From assembly GCA_047495785.1 (NCBI GenBank), contig JBLDXI010000009.1, positions 4,216,001 to 4,280,000 on the forward strand: a stretch of 64,000 nt of DNA, given 5' to 3'. The notes beneath the pieces were generated by a model. It did no database searches. It saw only the letters and a program-made list of their open reading frames with translations, and was not told the DNA's origin. Positions within the stretch are counted from its first letter, which is position 1, and each line of letters starts with the position of its first letter. This DNA comes from Lepidodermella squamata (Eukaryota > Animalia > Gastrotricha). Below, in pieces: positions 52,227 through 64,000 of the stretch. Both the position numbers and the translations under genes were made by a program.

Positions 52227-52617
52227 CGAATATATAACATCTTTATGAAATAAAATGACTCAAAACTGCACAAGTATGCTGCTAAAAATATTGCGTTTAA
52301 ATACACCGGGTCAATAATGCCCTACGATCCGATACCAACATCTATCTGTTCGGTATTCCGTCAGATTCTTAAAAATCGAAATCCTTTGATGATTTGCAAT
52401 CGGCATCCACCCCTATTGAAACATATTGGCATCCTATTGGCAGAACTCGAATTAACTCTATCCTAGATAGATCCTGGCGAACCGGCCAAAAACAAGTGAG
52501 AGAATGAGAGAAGAAGAGAAAGAAAAACGTTTCAAGACTATATCTGGGAAGATAAAGGTATGCTGAAGCTCAAATAGCTTGCTTTGTTTTAGGGATACTT
52601 GATATAGGTTGACCGGC

Positions 52618-52781
52618 CAGGGTGCGAAGTACAGGGGTGCTGGGGTCGCGACACCCCAGCTCCGGGACTCCAACCAGAGGAAGGCTGAAAAAACCACAGG
52701 GGGTACCCTTTGCTTTCTTCGACTGGGTCCTAGAAAAAAAGTAAAAAACACCTCAGCTCCCGGATCCTACTTCGCACTCTG
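52618..52781. mobile_element. Small MITE-like element (hAT-like CAG termini)
   Basis: CAGGGTGCGAAGTA ... TACTTCGCACTCTG (14-bp inverted repeat, 1 mismatch); internal GC hairpin; no TSD recognisable. Confidence 0.5.
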
Positions 52782-53148
52782 CTTTTACGTTGTTCAAAAT
52801 GTGAATCGCCGCGGCACTCAAAATCGCAATATTAAGCTAGGTTAAAATGTGTTTGAAATAGATGTTGACATCGTGCCAAGGAAGATGTTAGCAAGCGGTA
52901 TAAGTTCTGCGGTAAAGAAAAAACCAGAAATTAACATGGAGGCAATAACAGATGAATCACCGTCCCGTTGATTCATGCTGAGGAGTCTTCTTATTTCAGG
53001 TTGAAGTTATGGCGTGTGACGCAAATTAGCAAAAAACCCGCCGTTTGTGGTAATGATTTTTTACATTAACGAGCGGCAAGCGCGACAAAAACAATGGCGG
53101 GGCAATTAACGCGACGAATCAGTTAGCAGCCGGTCAAAACAAGCGGGC

Positions 53149-53156
53149 TATAAATA
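53149..53156 (+). promoter_or_regulatory. TATA box of Sushi gene 2
   Basis: TATAAATA in a GC-rich context about 105 bp before the ATG at 53254. Confidence 0.55.
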
Positions 53157-53253
53157 CCGGCCCCTTCCAGTCCGCTGGGCAAGACGCCTTCCACAAGCAA
53201 ACAGTAATTCACAACTTTTTCCAACTTCAAGCAAATCTAGAATCATCTTCGTT

Positions 53254-53627
53254 ATGTCGAACGCTACAGTATACGCTGTTGCAGCGGTTCTGTGCATTCT
53301 GGTCGCACAGATTGCCGCTCAAACCAACCAATGCGGCGACGTTCCCGGCGTTGAAAATGGTTCCATCGGAAACGGCGGATCACAACTTGGAGCGACGCGG
53401 TCAGTGACGTGCAGGGATGGCTTTCGCATCTTCGGCGCTTCGCAAATCATCTGCCAATCTGGCGGAAAATGGACCGACCCAGGGCTATGCATCAGGGCTT
53501 CCCCTAACCAACAAGGTACTACATAGATTTTATTTGAAACTCCCGTCGCATATAACTTTCTGTCTGTATAGCCGAACGCCGACCTCAAAGGGTGTTTATT
53601 TTCTCTGGAAAGCACGGGCGTCGTTGA
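53254..53627 (+). CDS. Small secreted single-Sushi/CCP protein with C-terminal GRR tail, copy 2 (exons 53254-53515, 53572-53627)
   Basis: Signal MSNATVYAVAAVLCILVAQIAA; CCP CGDVPGVENG..CRDGFRIFGASQIICQSGGKWTDPGLC; intron at the same position as copy 1; exon 2 AERRPQRVFIFSGKHGRR*. Confidence 0.88.
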
Positions 53628-54596
53628 TTGGTCATGGTCATCAGTGAATCACCAAAAGACTCTTTCTCTAGTTTAAAACAATCTGAATTCGCACGATAGG
53701 TTAATAAATCAGCTTGTTAACAACAGCATGTCTTACTTTTCCCTGTGTTGTTAGTCCAAAATGGACTGTGAAAATCATTTTACCAAAATTGGCGAACGGA
53801 AACTTGGAAAATCTTGATAGCAAAGTTGGATTAGGTTATCATTATTTCCCACTTTCTATCCACATAGCCACTAAATTTATGATGAATCCTGCCGACTAAA
53901 TTTCTGCGAATCAATTCAATGACGACAGTTATTGCGATTCATCAATTTATGGCTCAGAATTTAGAGTTCCTGAGCCATTTTAAAGTATTTTCTCCTTTTT
54001 GCTCTCCATTTGGGACATTAGAATGCATATATCACAAGAAAATTAGTCATTTTTGGCTACGTCTCGTTAAGAGAGTTAAAATTAACAACCACGTCTCACT
54101 TATCACGACTCTTTAGCTGTTCAATGTAAAATTGAGCTATACACGTTAAACTTGCTATATTTTTCACGTATATATTCTGCCACGTTGACATCATGACGTC
54201 ACGCAACTCGTTGATTGTCATCACGATTGGATTCGCTGCATCGAGGAAAGTAGCACCAGGGACGCCTGGGACAACGAGGGTAGTACCAGGGACGCGTACC
54301 TGGTAGGTTTGAGGGTCAAGGTGTACCCGCCAGGGACGCTGAAATCCCGGTAGGCTGGCTGGCGGAGCGTAGTTGTATTGCAAAATGAATGTAGCAAAGG
54401 CTATTTTCAGCCTTATTCATGACAAAATACCTTCAGCTCTACTATTTCTCTCGCTTCGATGTGTTTTGATGTGTCCATGTGTCTCGATGTGTCTCTCTTC
54501 GCTCGCTATAATCACAGGAGAATGTAATTTGAAATTTGAATTACGTTGACAATTTCTCTTCATAATTCCCGTTTTTCATTGCGTTTTCTTAATTTC

Positions 54597-54851
54597 ATGC
54601 CTTTTTCAGTCCTATGTGTGCTGCTCAAGCAATCCGAGCCCAAATGCCGTAATGTCCCCGAAGTTGTGAATGGGACCATTTTGAATGGCGGGTCGGAAAT
54701 TGCAGACAAGCGATACGTTCAATGCGCAGTTGGCTTCAGACTGTGGGTAGCATCTACGATCACCTGCCAGCAAAACGGAACATGGACGACGCCGGGCGAG
54801 TGTTCTCCGGAAACTCTATGCATCGATGATATTCCACTTGAATCTAGATGA
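54597..54851 (+). CDS. Third, divergent single-Sushi gene lacking the GRR tail (5' end uncertain; may be a pseudogene)
   Basis: CRNVPEVVNG..CAVGFRLWVASTITCQQNGTWTTPGEC; a possible splice acceptor TTTTCAG at 54609; AATAAA about 70 bp downstream. Confidence 0.6.
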   Translation: MPFSVLCVLLKQSEPKCRNVPEVVNGTILNGGSEIADKRYVQCAVGFRLWVASTITCQQNGTWTTPGECSPETLCIDDIPLESR

Positions 54852-57270
54852 GCCTTTTTTTAACTTCAACTTGGCTGATACAAGCGGCTCTCTAGACCAT
54901 GGGAAACCGTCCCAATCCCAATAAAGTGCTGCTGAAGATGTTGAATAAACCACCTTCCGAAGTTAGGACCCTGTACCCAATAAGGATAGGTGAGGGTTTG
55001 GTCCGATTATTAGCAATTTTTCGATAAAATTGACAAGCGGCTAGGGGTGCGTCCAATTACCTTAGTATAGAGTGTATAGCCTTCCAAGAAATGAAAAAAC
55101 ACTAATTTTTACATGACAATATTTTTATTTTCATATCTCGCCATTTTTCTTCATTATTCAAGTCGCCTGAAACACAGCATTATTCATTTCGCTAAATAAT
55201 ACGCGCGAAATGTTTTGTTCATAATAAAACAATAATAATCATCGATATATAATTCGTAAATAATATTTCAACAATTCATCATATACTGCGAAAATTTCCT
55301 CAACACTCTCGCATATATATAGCGCATATTCGTTATATAATTTCTTATAATATTTCATCGATTAATCAATGATTTTTCAATACTAATTAATCGCGACGAT
55401 TATATAAGTTTTGCGTTTTTTTCATTTTTTCGCTCTCGATCATCGATAGAACAGTATTTTTTCTTTTTAGAGAAATATATAAAGATAATCGTTGATCATC
55501 ATTCATCCTTCATCCGGCCACATTGCAAGCTTATTGTTCTGAGTCGTGCTTGCTCTACAGAAAAACACAATGAAACCAGAACAAACCAGAAAAAAGTCGC
55601 CAACTTTTTTTACCCGAAAGATTCAATGAGTCTTCTTCGTACATATAGCAACATATCAACACACGCATTAAAGTTTCAAAAAAAATCATGAAATTTTGAA
55701 AAAATTGAATACACAAGAAGAAAGTCTGATTTATAATAATACGATTTTTTTCTCCTTCTCTTTCTATCGATTCGCGCGTAATTTTATATCAGCAGTTCGG
55801 TTGATTAATTAGATAATTAATTGTTGTTCAATCAATAGATCGTAAAGAAAGTGCTCTGTGATGGTACGACGCGATGATTTTTGCGAAGAGAACAGTTTTG
55901 GCACAACAAAAGCTATTGTTTTCCGATTTTTTCAATTGTCTACCATACGAATATTGTTATAAAGAAATAATTTCGCAATCATGATCAATGCTAAAATTGA
56001 TTAAGAAAGATTCGTTGCATCTTTTTTGTAGTTGTGCTTTCAAATTTTTCATCCTCAAACAGCTGCATATAGAATATGTATAAATAGCAATGATAATAAA
56101 ATCCAGGCTGAAACTCGCCCGAGAAAAAATTCAATAAAAATAATCCGAAAAATTATTATTATTATCATGCCGATGAATAAAAACACTCGCCACACGCATA
56201 GCTGATGAAAAGTTGATTAATGACTTGATTTTTGCAGTATATAATTTTAACAACGAATAAATTCGAGAATTTTTCGATTTTTTCATAATTATGAATTTGC
56301 ACCGCTATACATTCATTTTTCGCAACAAGTTCTTTTAGCTTCAACAATCAGATTCCGCAATCGTCCAACGTACCAAATTTCGAAAGCTCGTTAACGCAGC
56401 GTGAATGCGCCTAGCTCCATGCAGATTCTGAAAAATATGTGAAAAAAATTAGACAATTTTTCAAAGGTTAAAACCCGAAATCGATGTGACCGCTGAAAAT
56501 GAGAACGAAGAAAACACCATGATGAAAAGCTTTGAATTTTTGAATAAAGACTGACACAGTTTTTTATTGGAAATTTCGACCCTTTTATCGGCTGAGATTC
56601 TCTAGAATAATAATATTTTTCCATAATATAGCTCAATTCAACAAAACAAAAGAAATCAGTAAAAAGCGCACACCAAATAAATAATTAATACTACCTCTCA
56701 ATAAAATCACGCCGTAATTTTCTAAGGCAAAAATTGAACATAAGGTTAAGTTTCAACTCAAGAAAAAATCACCACATGCTTTCAACTAATTAACATTCTG
56801 TACAGGACCAGAATAAAATTGTTATTCGATTCATTTTTTCAAGGATGAGCGATTTTTTTCGAATCCGGGCGAAAGAAACATATTTCAGGGCGAAAAAATT
56901 CCCGTGTTATAGCTGCTGCTTAAAATTTAGACCGTCTCAAGGTCAGATAAATAATTTTTCGTTGTATATATAGGGTAAGTATATCACGTTTTATCTGCTG
57001 ATGACTAAAGGAAGAGAAAATGTGCAATATAGAGTAGAAGTTATACCATCGAAAAAATCACCACAGAAATATTTTTTAGAGGTTATTATTTTGTTGGTGA
57101 GTGTGAAAAGCGGAAGAGATTAACGCAATAAAAAAGTTGTTAGGAAAGATTTTTCATTCACTGCTTCGAAAGGCTTAGCAATCAACCACTTGCTCACAAT
57201 ATAATAAAATAATAATTTACACGAAAATTGCGCTGTTTTTTTGTGTGTTAAATTTTTTAAGGTGGAATTT

Positions 57271-60200
57271 TTAATAGGGCGAAAATTTAGCAGCCGATGC
57301 AAATTTCCGCGCCGACGTCACTGGGCCGATGCCGTTCGAGGCCGCCGCTGCTGCAAGTAGCGCTGCAGCGTCGAGCGGCGTTGACCCAGCAGCAGACGGC
57401 GATGACCCAGACGGCCCAGCTACCGCATTATTGCTCGCATTATTACTAGGCGCCGCACTCGGAATTGGCGCGCCAAGTGTGCGTTGCTGCTGCTGCTGCT
57501 GCTGGGCCGCGTTTATTGCATTAACTAGGTCAGACTGTTGCTGCTGCTGGAAAAAATGCAATTGCTGCTGTTGAAGCGCTTGCAACTGATGCAGATCCAA
57601 CTGAATATACTGCGGCTGTTGGCCGTGCTGTTGCGCTAAAAAAGCGAGTTGATTCTGCTGTTGCTGCTGCTGCTGCTGTTGTTGTTGTTGTTGTTGATGA
57701 GAATGATGAAAATCAGCGATTTGTTGCTGCTGTTGTTGCTGGGCGATAACGGCATTGTACAAAGCCGCTGTAGCCGCGGCCGACGAGTTGGCGTCGTTCG
57801 CGTGTTTCTGCTGTTGTTGCTGCTGTTGAATCTCGACACTGGCGAGAAAAACAGAGATTAGGAAAAAATCGACATTTTTCCATTAATCTCTGCTGCTTTC
57901 GAGTTCGTGAGACAACTTTTAACCACCATCATCTTCCTCATCATCACTTGCCATTTTAAATCAAATTAAGTCCTTATATGTCGAGATTCAACTTTGGGTC
58001 ATAATGTAAAATCCAGCGCAATTTTCCCGATGAAAAATTAATAAAAATTATTAATTTTCCATAAATAATGTTATAAATAGCAGCGTTGTGTTCTGAAAAA
58101 AAGTTCAGCAGCAGAAATGAACAGGGTTGAAGCATAGAAATGAACAGAAAAAATACAGAGAAATAAAAAGGGGTGGGGTTAATGACGTCGCAATCGCATG
58201 CAGAAAGTTGCAAAAATGAGGAATTATTTTAAATATTCTCTCGTTCGAAACAACGCTGCGGCTATTAGGGTGGTTAAATTGATTGATTTCAAGAAGCGAA
58301 ATCAATCGATTTACTGTTTTCATCTAAGCGGGGTGAAACAAAACTATTCGAAAGACATGCAGGTTTCGCAATGCTCAATTGGGTTGTTATTTTTTCGAAA
58401 GGGTTAAGTGGGTAAAAAATCTTAATGAGTAAAGCAAATTTTTTAAGCGAAAAATTGGGTTAATTAATCCACCTAAATTTTCCCCGAGTGCGGTAAAAAA
58501 ATAATTGACCCCGAAAATTTGTTCATACAGGTGTTTATATCCACTACTATTCAGAAACAAGGTGATGTTTTTAGGGCACAAAAAATCTCGAAAAAATTAC
58601 TTGGTACCAATGATTACAAGGTGATGTTATTAGTAGTTGACCAATGAATACGGAATAAATTTACGATAAATATATTCACGACTGAATAAATGGCAATGTT
58701 TTGTATATCTGAGTTAATAAATAGATGGGAGGAAAAGTTAGGCAAGTGAAAAAGTTGTCCACTCAAAAGCAACAGATTAAAAAATATTATATTACTCTCA
58801 ATAAAAAAATATATTAAAATAATAATTATTAATTTGTGTGCAATATTAAAGGTCGCCTGACATTTGAGTACCGCGACACTTGCGCCACGACACTTGCGCC
58901 CCGACAATTGAGTACCGACATTTGCGCCCAGCTTTAACTTGCGCCCGACGACACTTGCGCCCATTTATAAAAATAATAAATTTATTTCAACTTGCGCCCA
59001 AGCTGACGACACTTGCGTCCTGGAACACTTGCGCCCAGGGCTCAACTGTCGCCGAAGTTAAATAAATAGATAGAAATAACGGGAAAGGAGTACAGGTCGC
59101 AAATGTAATGACCATTTTCATTTTTGAATGCTATTTTGGGGTCCACAACCCGCAGAACCCAATCGCTGGTTATTTTCCCAACTTCCATTAAGTTATGCTA
59201 TCTCTATCATAGCGGTTTTCGTTAGTGTTACCCCTCAATGGAAGTTGGGGAAATAACCAGCGATTGGGCTCTGCGGGTTGTGGACCCCAAAATAGCATTC
59301 AAAAATGGAAATTTTCAACCAAAGTCGTTTTCACCTGTTTTCCCTCACGAATCCAAAGCTCTTAAGTTTACCGCGCTCTCAGATCTATCGCCTGGTAAAA
59401 ACCGCATCACATTTTTCCTCTTGGTTCGGGAGCTATTTTAAATTATGCGAGGCAAACAAATAATATCAAAGATATCAAAAAAATTTCAAAATTTCGAGGT
59501 TGAAATTTTAGAAGCCCGGGCTGCTATAGGCACAAATACGGTATATCTGGGCGCAAATGTCGCAGATAAATAGGGCGCAAATGTCGCGGGCTGAACTCAA
59601 GTGTCGCTGGGCGCATCTGTCGTGTGTGCAAATGTCGCCCCTGAATATTTTAATTTGGGCTCAAAAGTCGCGTACTCAAGTGTCGTTTTTAAAACGGGGC
59701 GCAAGTGTTTTTGGGCTCATTTGTCGGGGCGCAAGTGACGGGGCTTAAGTGTTGCGGTACTCATTTGTCGGCACACCATATTAAAGCGACTAAAGAAATA
59801 AATTTACGATAATAAATTTATGTCATGTTTAACTAAGCAATAGATAACGGCACAATGAGTCACGATAGTTGATTTGTTCCGATCAACCATGCAATAAAAT
59901 TATTGAGTTCACGCCAAGTTCCCAGCCGCGGCAGATTTTAAACAAAGCAGCATTCTCGAAAAAATATTTAAAAATAATTAAAAATAAGCCACACGGTTTG
60001 AAACTAAATTATATTAGAAATTAATTGCTAAAATTAAAGTAGTAGTAGTAGTAACCTTTTTTTGATCTCAGGTAGCCGATGATAGATTGAGCCTCAAGCC
60101 GGTATAGGGTGCGTCAGAAATAAACCCGCGAAGAAATCAACTCAATAAATAATAAATGAATAAATAGCTTTTCATCAACGGTGCGTTTCCTTCGACTCTA

Positions 60201-61727
60201 ATTCATCACGTCATCAATCGACGGGGGTTCAGACACTCTACCTTGTGTTGATCAAATACTGAGCCAACGAAATTGTATCGGCGGTTCCGGTAATCGTTAT
60301 CTTGCGCTCGGGGGAACCCTCTTCGAGAGGCGCTATTTTAATCGTGGCGCCCGACAATTGCCTTAATTAATTAATATCAAGATTAAAATTATGAAAAAAA
60401 TCTCGCTCTATATAATTAAATAAATTAAGCATTCCAGGTATTGAATTTTCTACTAAATTTGCTCGGTAAAAAATAGAGTGCACGATATGTCATAATAAAT
60501 GACATGCCAGGTGAAAAATATGATGACTAATTTTTAATTAATTAAGAGACTATATAATTAAATAGCGTGGTGAGTTTTTTGTCATGACTCGCTGACTTAC
60601 CTAATTTCGTTGATTTTCGATCCGCCCCGGCCGATGATACAACCGATAAGTTCGTTCGGAACGTTTATCTCGGCGCTTGTCGCCATGTTCGGGTTGAAAG
60701 CAGGCAGTTGTTGGGCGGGCGCGTTGGCCGGGCGCAGGAACGCCATGCCAGGGAAGCCAGGGATCATATCTACAGGGCCGAAAAAATTTCAAAATGAATC
60801 CGATTTTTTCGTGGGAATTTCTGGAAATTACCAGGAATCATCTGCTGGGGCAACAAACCGTAGGCCGGTTGCGGTTGCAGTTGAGTTCCGGGCGGTAGCT
60901 TCGATAATTGTTGATACAATAGTTGCTGGAATGAAGAAGCATACTTTAAACGGAAATGACAAAAAATGGAAGAATATTATAATATAAACATTAGTCAGAT
61001 AAAAGGTATCATAGAAGCATGCGATTGCCTCTTCATAAAAAATCTAACTAGGTCACACGAAAAGAACGTCACACAAAATCACTCTATTAGTTCAAGTAGC
61101 CTGGATCCCATAATTTCCTCGAAAATTTTCTCACAAATGGTCTCAAAAATATGATTCAGTAAAAATTGATGAATATATTTTTCAAATATTAGCAATATTT
61201 TTTCAAAATTTTTCAAAATTTGGCGAAATTGCAAACCATGAAAATTTTTTATTCTCGAATAATTGCTTTGAATTGTATTTAATTTGTGCTATTCAAGTTA
61301 TCATCATTACCCTAATACTCTTGTTCAAAAATTCTCAAAATAAATTCCTTATCTGCGAGGCGAAATTGGTATACCAATAGGCGATTTTCAAGTTTTAAAT
61401 CCCATAATTTAAACCAAAATAATTGTAAATAATAGCACGTAAATCAATTTTTCGGTTTTTCTTTCGGTTGTGACAAAAAATCGTAGAATTCCTGATTTTT
61501 CAGTTTTTGATATAAAAATCGAATTTGTTAAGGCTTACCTCGTTAGTTTGGATAGCGAACGGGAACGGCGACGCGCCACCGGCCGGCCCAGCGGCCTGGA
61601 TGAGCAGGGGCGTGGCGGCAGCGGCCGCAGCAGCAGCGGCGGCTTGTTGCGGAGAAATGCACTGGACGGGCGCTACCGGCATGGCTGGTCGTGGTCGGTA
61701 AGGAATCGTCACACCTTTTACAGGAGT
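57271..61727 (-). CDS. PCBP: Poly(rC)-binding protein (PCBP/hnRNP E/mub family), 3' half; exons 61539-61727, 60832-60925, 60601-60769, 60242-60361, 57271-57838
   Basis: TPVKGVTIPYRPRP (post-KH2 signature); KH3 EINVPNELIGCIIGRGGSKINEIR|QLSGATIKIAPLEEGSPERKITITGTADTISLAQYLIN; terminal KFSPY*. Exon phases are consistent. KH1/KH2 exons were not found and presumably lie beyond 64000. Confidence 0.92.
58851..59777. mobile_element. Non-autonomous foldback-type DNA transposon in the last PCBP intron
   Basis: GG termini; long imperfect TIRs built of CGACACTTGCGCC-like tandem units; exact 8-bp TSD ATATTAAA (58843-58850, 59778-59785); central inverted repeat at about 59113-59188 / 59237-59313. Confidence 0.82.
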
Positions 61728-62622
61728 CTGCGAAAAATAAACAGCACCACATTAGAATAAAATCCAACAATGTTAAGGTGGATAAAAATGAAGGAAAAAA
61801 ATTAGGCACCTGCTGCGGTTGAAACGTTTTTGAGGGCAATTGAGGCGAAAATTCGTCAACAAAAAATTGAGACGGTACTTTTCAATAATATACTACCTAT
61901 TTTTTGGCCGAGAAAGTACAGTCGATGATAAAAGGCTAATGAAGATACACTGGGAGATGCGATGCGCGCGCGCAAAAATATTATCTTTATATTACGTTTT
62001 ATAAGGTAGTAGTCATAATAATAATAATCGAAAAATCGGCGCTGATTTATTCTTCTAGAGGTTATCTATGCGCGGTAGTAACGAGCGTGCCGTTGAGTGA
62101 TGGAACCGGGCGCGGAGACCGGCGCCCGAATCGGAAGCGGAAACGCAGCCACCTGGAACGATCTTCATTATTTTTCAGCGCGCAGCTAGCCCGGGTTATA
62201 GATAAAACTTTGATAATGGCGAAAAATGCGGAAATTGTTTGTTTGCGTAGCGCGTGGCGTTGCGCTCGTTTCGCCCGCATGTGCGCCCGGCGAAAGACGG
62301 CCCTCGCTCATAACAAGCCCGATCATTGCGCGCAGGCAGGTCAGTGGTAAAAAACCGGGCGGCTCAGAAAAATCCCGCGCTCATACCCACCCGCTCAGAG
62401 TGTATAGGTTTGCTTAACGCGCGTCTCTCTTCAAAGTAACGCGGCGACAAATGTTATTTCTATGAAAGATGAAAGATGATTGCTAAGCACACCAAGTAGG
62501 TAAGAGAGAGAGACAAAACACGCGCGCAGGTTTGCAAGCAAAATAAAAACAATGATGATATTATTCATGAAGAGAGATGGGCGAGGCTGAGACACCCTAC
62601 TGCGACGACGATGCGCGGTATA

Positions 62623-62648
62623 TAATAATAATAATAATAATAATAATA
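62623..62648. repeat. (TAA)n microsatellite
   Basis: Seen directly. Confidence 0.8.
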
Positions 62649-64000
62649 TATTCCGCTACCGGATTTTACGTAAGTGTAATAGAAGCCGCGAGACGACGCG
62701 CGAGAAAAAAATCGCGCGAAAAATAATATTTTTACAATCGGCGGAATTTTCATCTTGGTTAGGCAGTAGGCAGTAGGATTTTTCCTCCACCACCAATGCC
62801 ATCAGGCCGTAATACTGGCAGACTGCACTTGTCGTTTCGCTTTATCGTCACTAATCACACGCGCGCTTCGTCAAACAAACGTGGCTTGACAGAGGGATGA
62901 AGAGCTGCTGCTACTGTTGGAGATGGCCTGTCAACAGATTTATTAGCCGCCCATCATATTGTTATTGCATAACGACGAAGATGCGCACAGAGGCGGAACG
63001 CGGTGACTTATCGCTGCTGGGACTATAAGTGACTGTGATAATAATAATAATCCCTCGGCCGCGAAAAGACAGCAGCGGCGACAAAGGAAACGGGAAGTAA
63101 TGATGATGGCAGGCGCATCGCTCTCAAGCGGCTATTTCCTTAATCAAACACGCGGCTGTGAGAGATAGGCGACGAGCATCAAGTGGCCCGCGAAATGATG
63201 ATGATGATGACATTTCGCCAATAATTAACATTCGCGCAGGGCCTGGTTGTTTATTATTACACATGACCCGAAACGCGTACTTGATAGCGGCAACAACGCG
63301 CGGTCGCGACGGCGCGGCCCTTTGCCCATCTTATAATAACGCAGCAATAATATGACTCATCATTTTGCTTGCTCGGTGAGGAAGCACGCGACACCAGGCT
63401 GTAATTGGGGTGCGCAATTAAAAATATTAGTCGAATCATCGATTTTTTTCACGTAACTACTGACCACCACCACGCGGCAAATCACGCTAAGACGATGCGA
63501 TTGATACAAGTCTTGAAACACGCGAAAAAAACTATCGAATTTCCCCCAACTTCGGGTTTGGTATAAAACAAAACGTCGGGTGTGTTTTAAGGGGGAACAA
63601 GGGCCGAGAAAATGAGAGGCTAAAATCAGCAGGCGACGATATGTAAAAAACTTCGATGCTAGGTAAAAAGGGCCCCGGATAATTGAAATAAAAAAATAGC
63701 CATGATTTTTTCTGGATTTTTAAGGAGGATCGGTTTTTCTCTCGGTTTGATTTTCAGAAATGAAAAGTAATAAATGAGAGATAGTAATATTTTTGTTGTC
63801 GTCATGAGGGTAGAATTATATACACCGATGGAATTTTCTTCTCAATTATTCGCACCTCTTTTCAACGCAAGCAGCTGAAAAAATTGATTAATTTGTTTGC
63901 AAAAATTTCGAAAAAATATTGCGAGATCAAAATATTAATAACGCACCTCTAGTAAGATGTGGCAAATAGATTCGATGCACTGCGGTATGGCCTGGGCAGT

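Larger units (their letters stand above)
51744..52362. mobile_element. Penelope-like retroelement remnant with inverted pLTRs
   Basis: Inverted arms at about 51741-51941 and 52089-52298. The minus strand encodes a GIY-YIG C-terminal motif, ILAKSNFMEVKSCEAYYIKKLNPDLN. Flanking direct repeat AGATTCTTAAAA at 51732-51743 and 52363-52374. Hammerhead motif in each arm. Confidence 0.82.

Noticed and set aside
54240-54365. Three CCAGGGACGC repeats and a 95-aa ORF
   Set aside because: Irregular spacing and no recognisable protein; probably TE debris. Not CRISPR-like, and the context is eukaryotic.
1-54851. Idea that the flanking secreted FReD or Sushi proteins are ligands of the STRA6-like receptors
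   Set aside because: Based on adjacency only; neither is a lipocalin, and linkage in animal genomes rarely implies interaction.
57329-57861. Poly-Leu and poly-Cys plus-strand ORFs
   Set aside because: Antisense reading of the CAG/CAA polyQ codons of PCBP.

Overview
Animal (invertebrate-type) genomic DNA with many short spliceosomal introns (about 45-60 nt), so the ORF track shows exon fragments and genes were rebuilt by hand from splice sites. Layout: (1) 1-16.3 kb, a minus-strand tandem cluster of at least four secreted mosaic genes (signal peptide-EGF-L-type lectin-like-EGF-PAN/apple-fibrinogen C-terminal domain; the first is cut by the window edge), interrupted by a full-length but frameshifted hAT transposon with 12-bp TIRs, an 8-bp TSD and an internal 308-bp-arm palindrome. 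(2) 16.5-48.8 kb, nine head-to-tail STRA6/RBPR2-like multi-pass membrane genes, with two CR1 LINE remnants and an orphan four-TM gene inside the array. (3) 50.4-54.9 kb, three single-Sushi (CCP) micro-genes, two ending in a conserved candidate amidated peptide (PQRVFI[YF][AS]GKH-GRR*), plus a Penelope-like remnant with two hammerhead-ribozyme motifs and a MITE. (4) 55-64 kb, an AT-rich, large-intron 3' half of a poly(rC)-binding protein (PCBP/mub) gene with a polyQ tail and an intronic foldback element. Both tandem arrays carry local near-identical tracts that suggest gene conversion. The species cannot be identified from the sequence. All homology calls come from motif recognition, not database searches.
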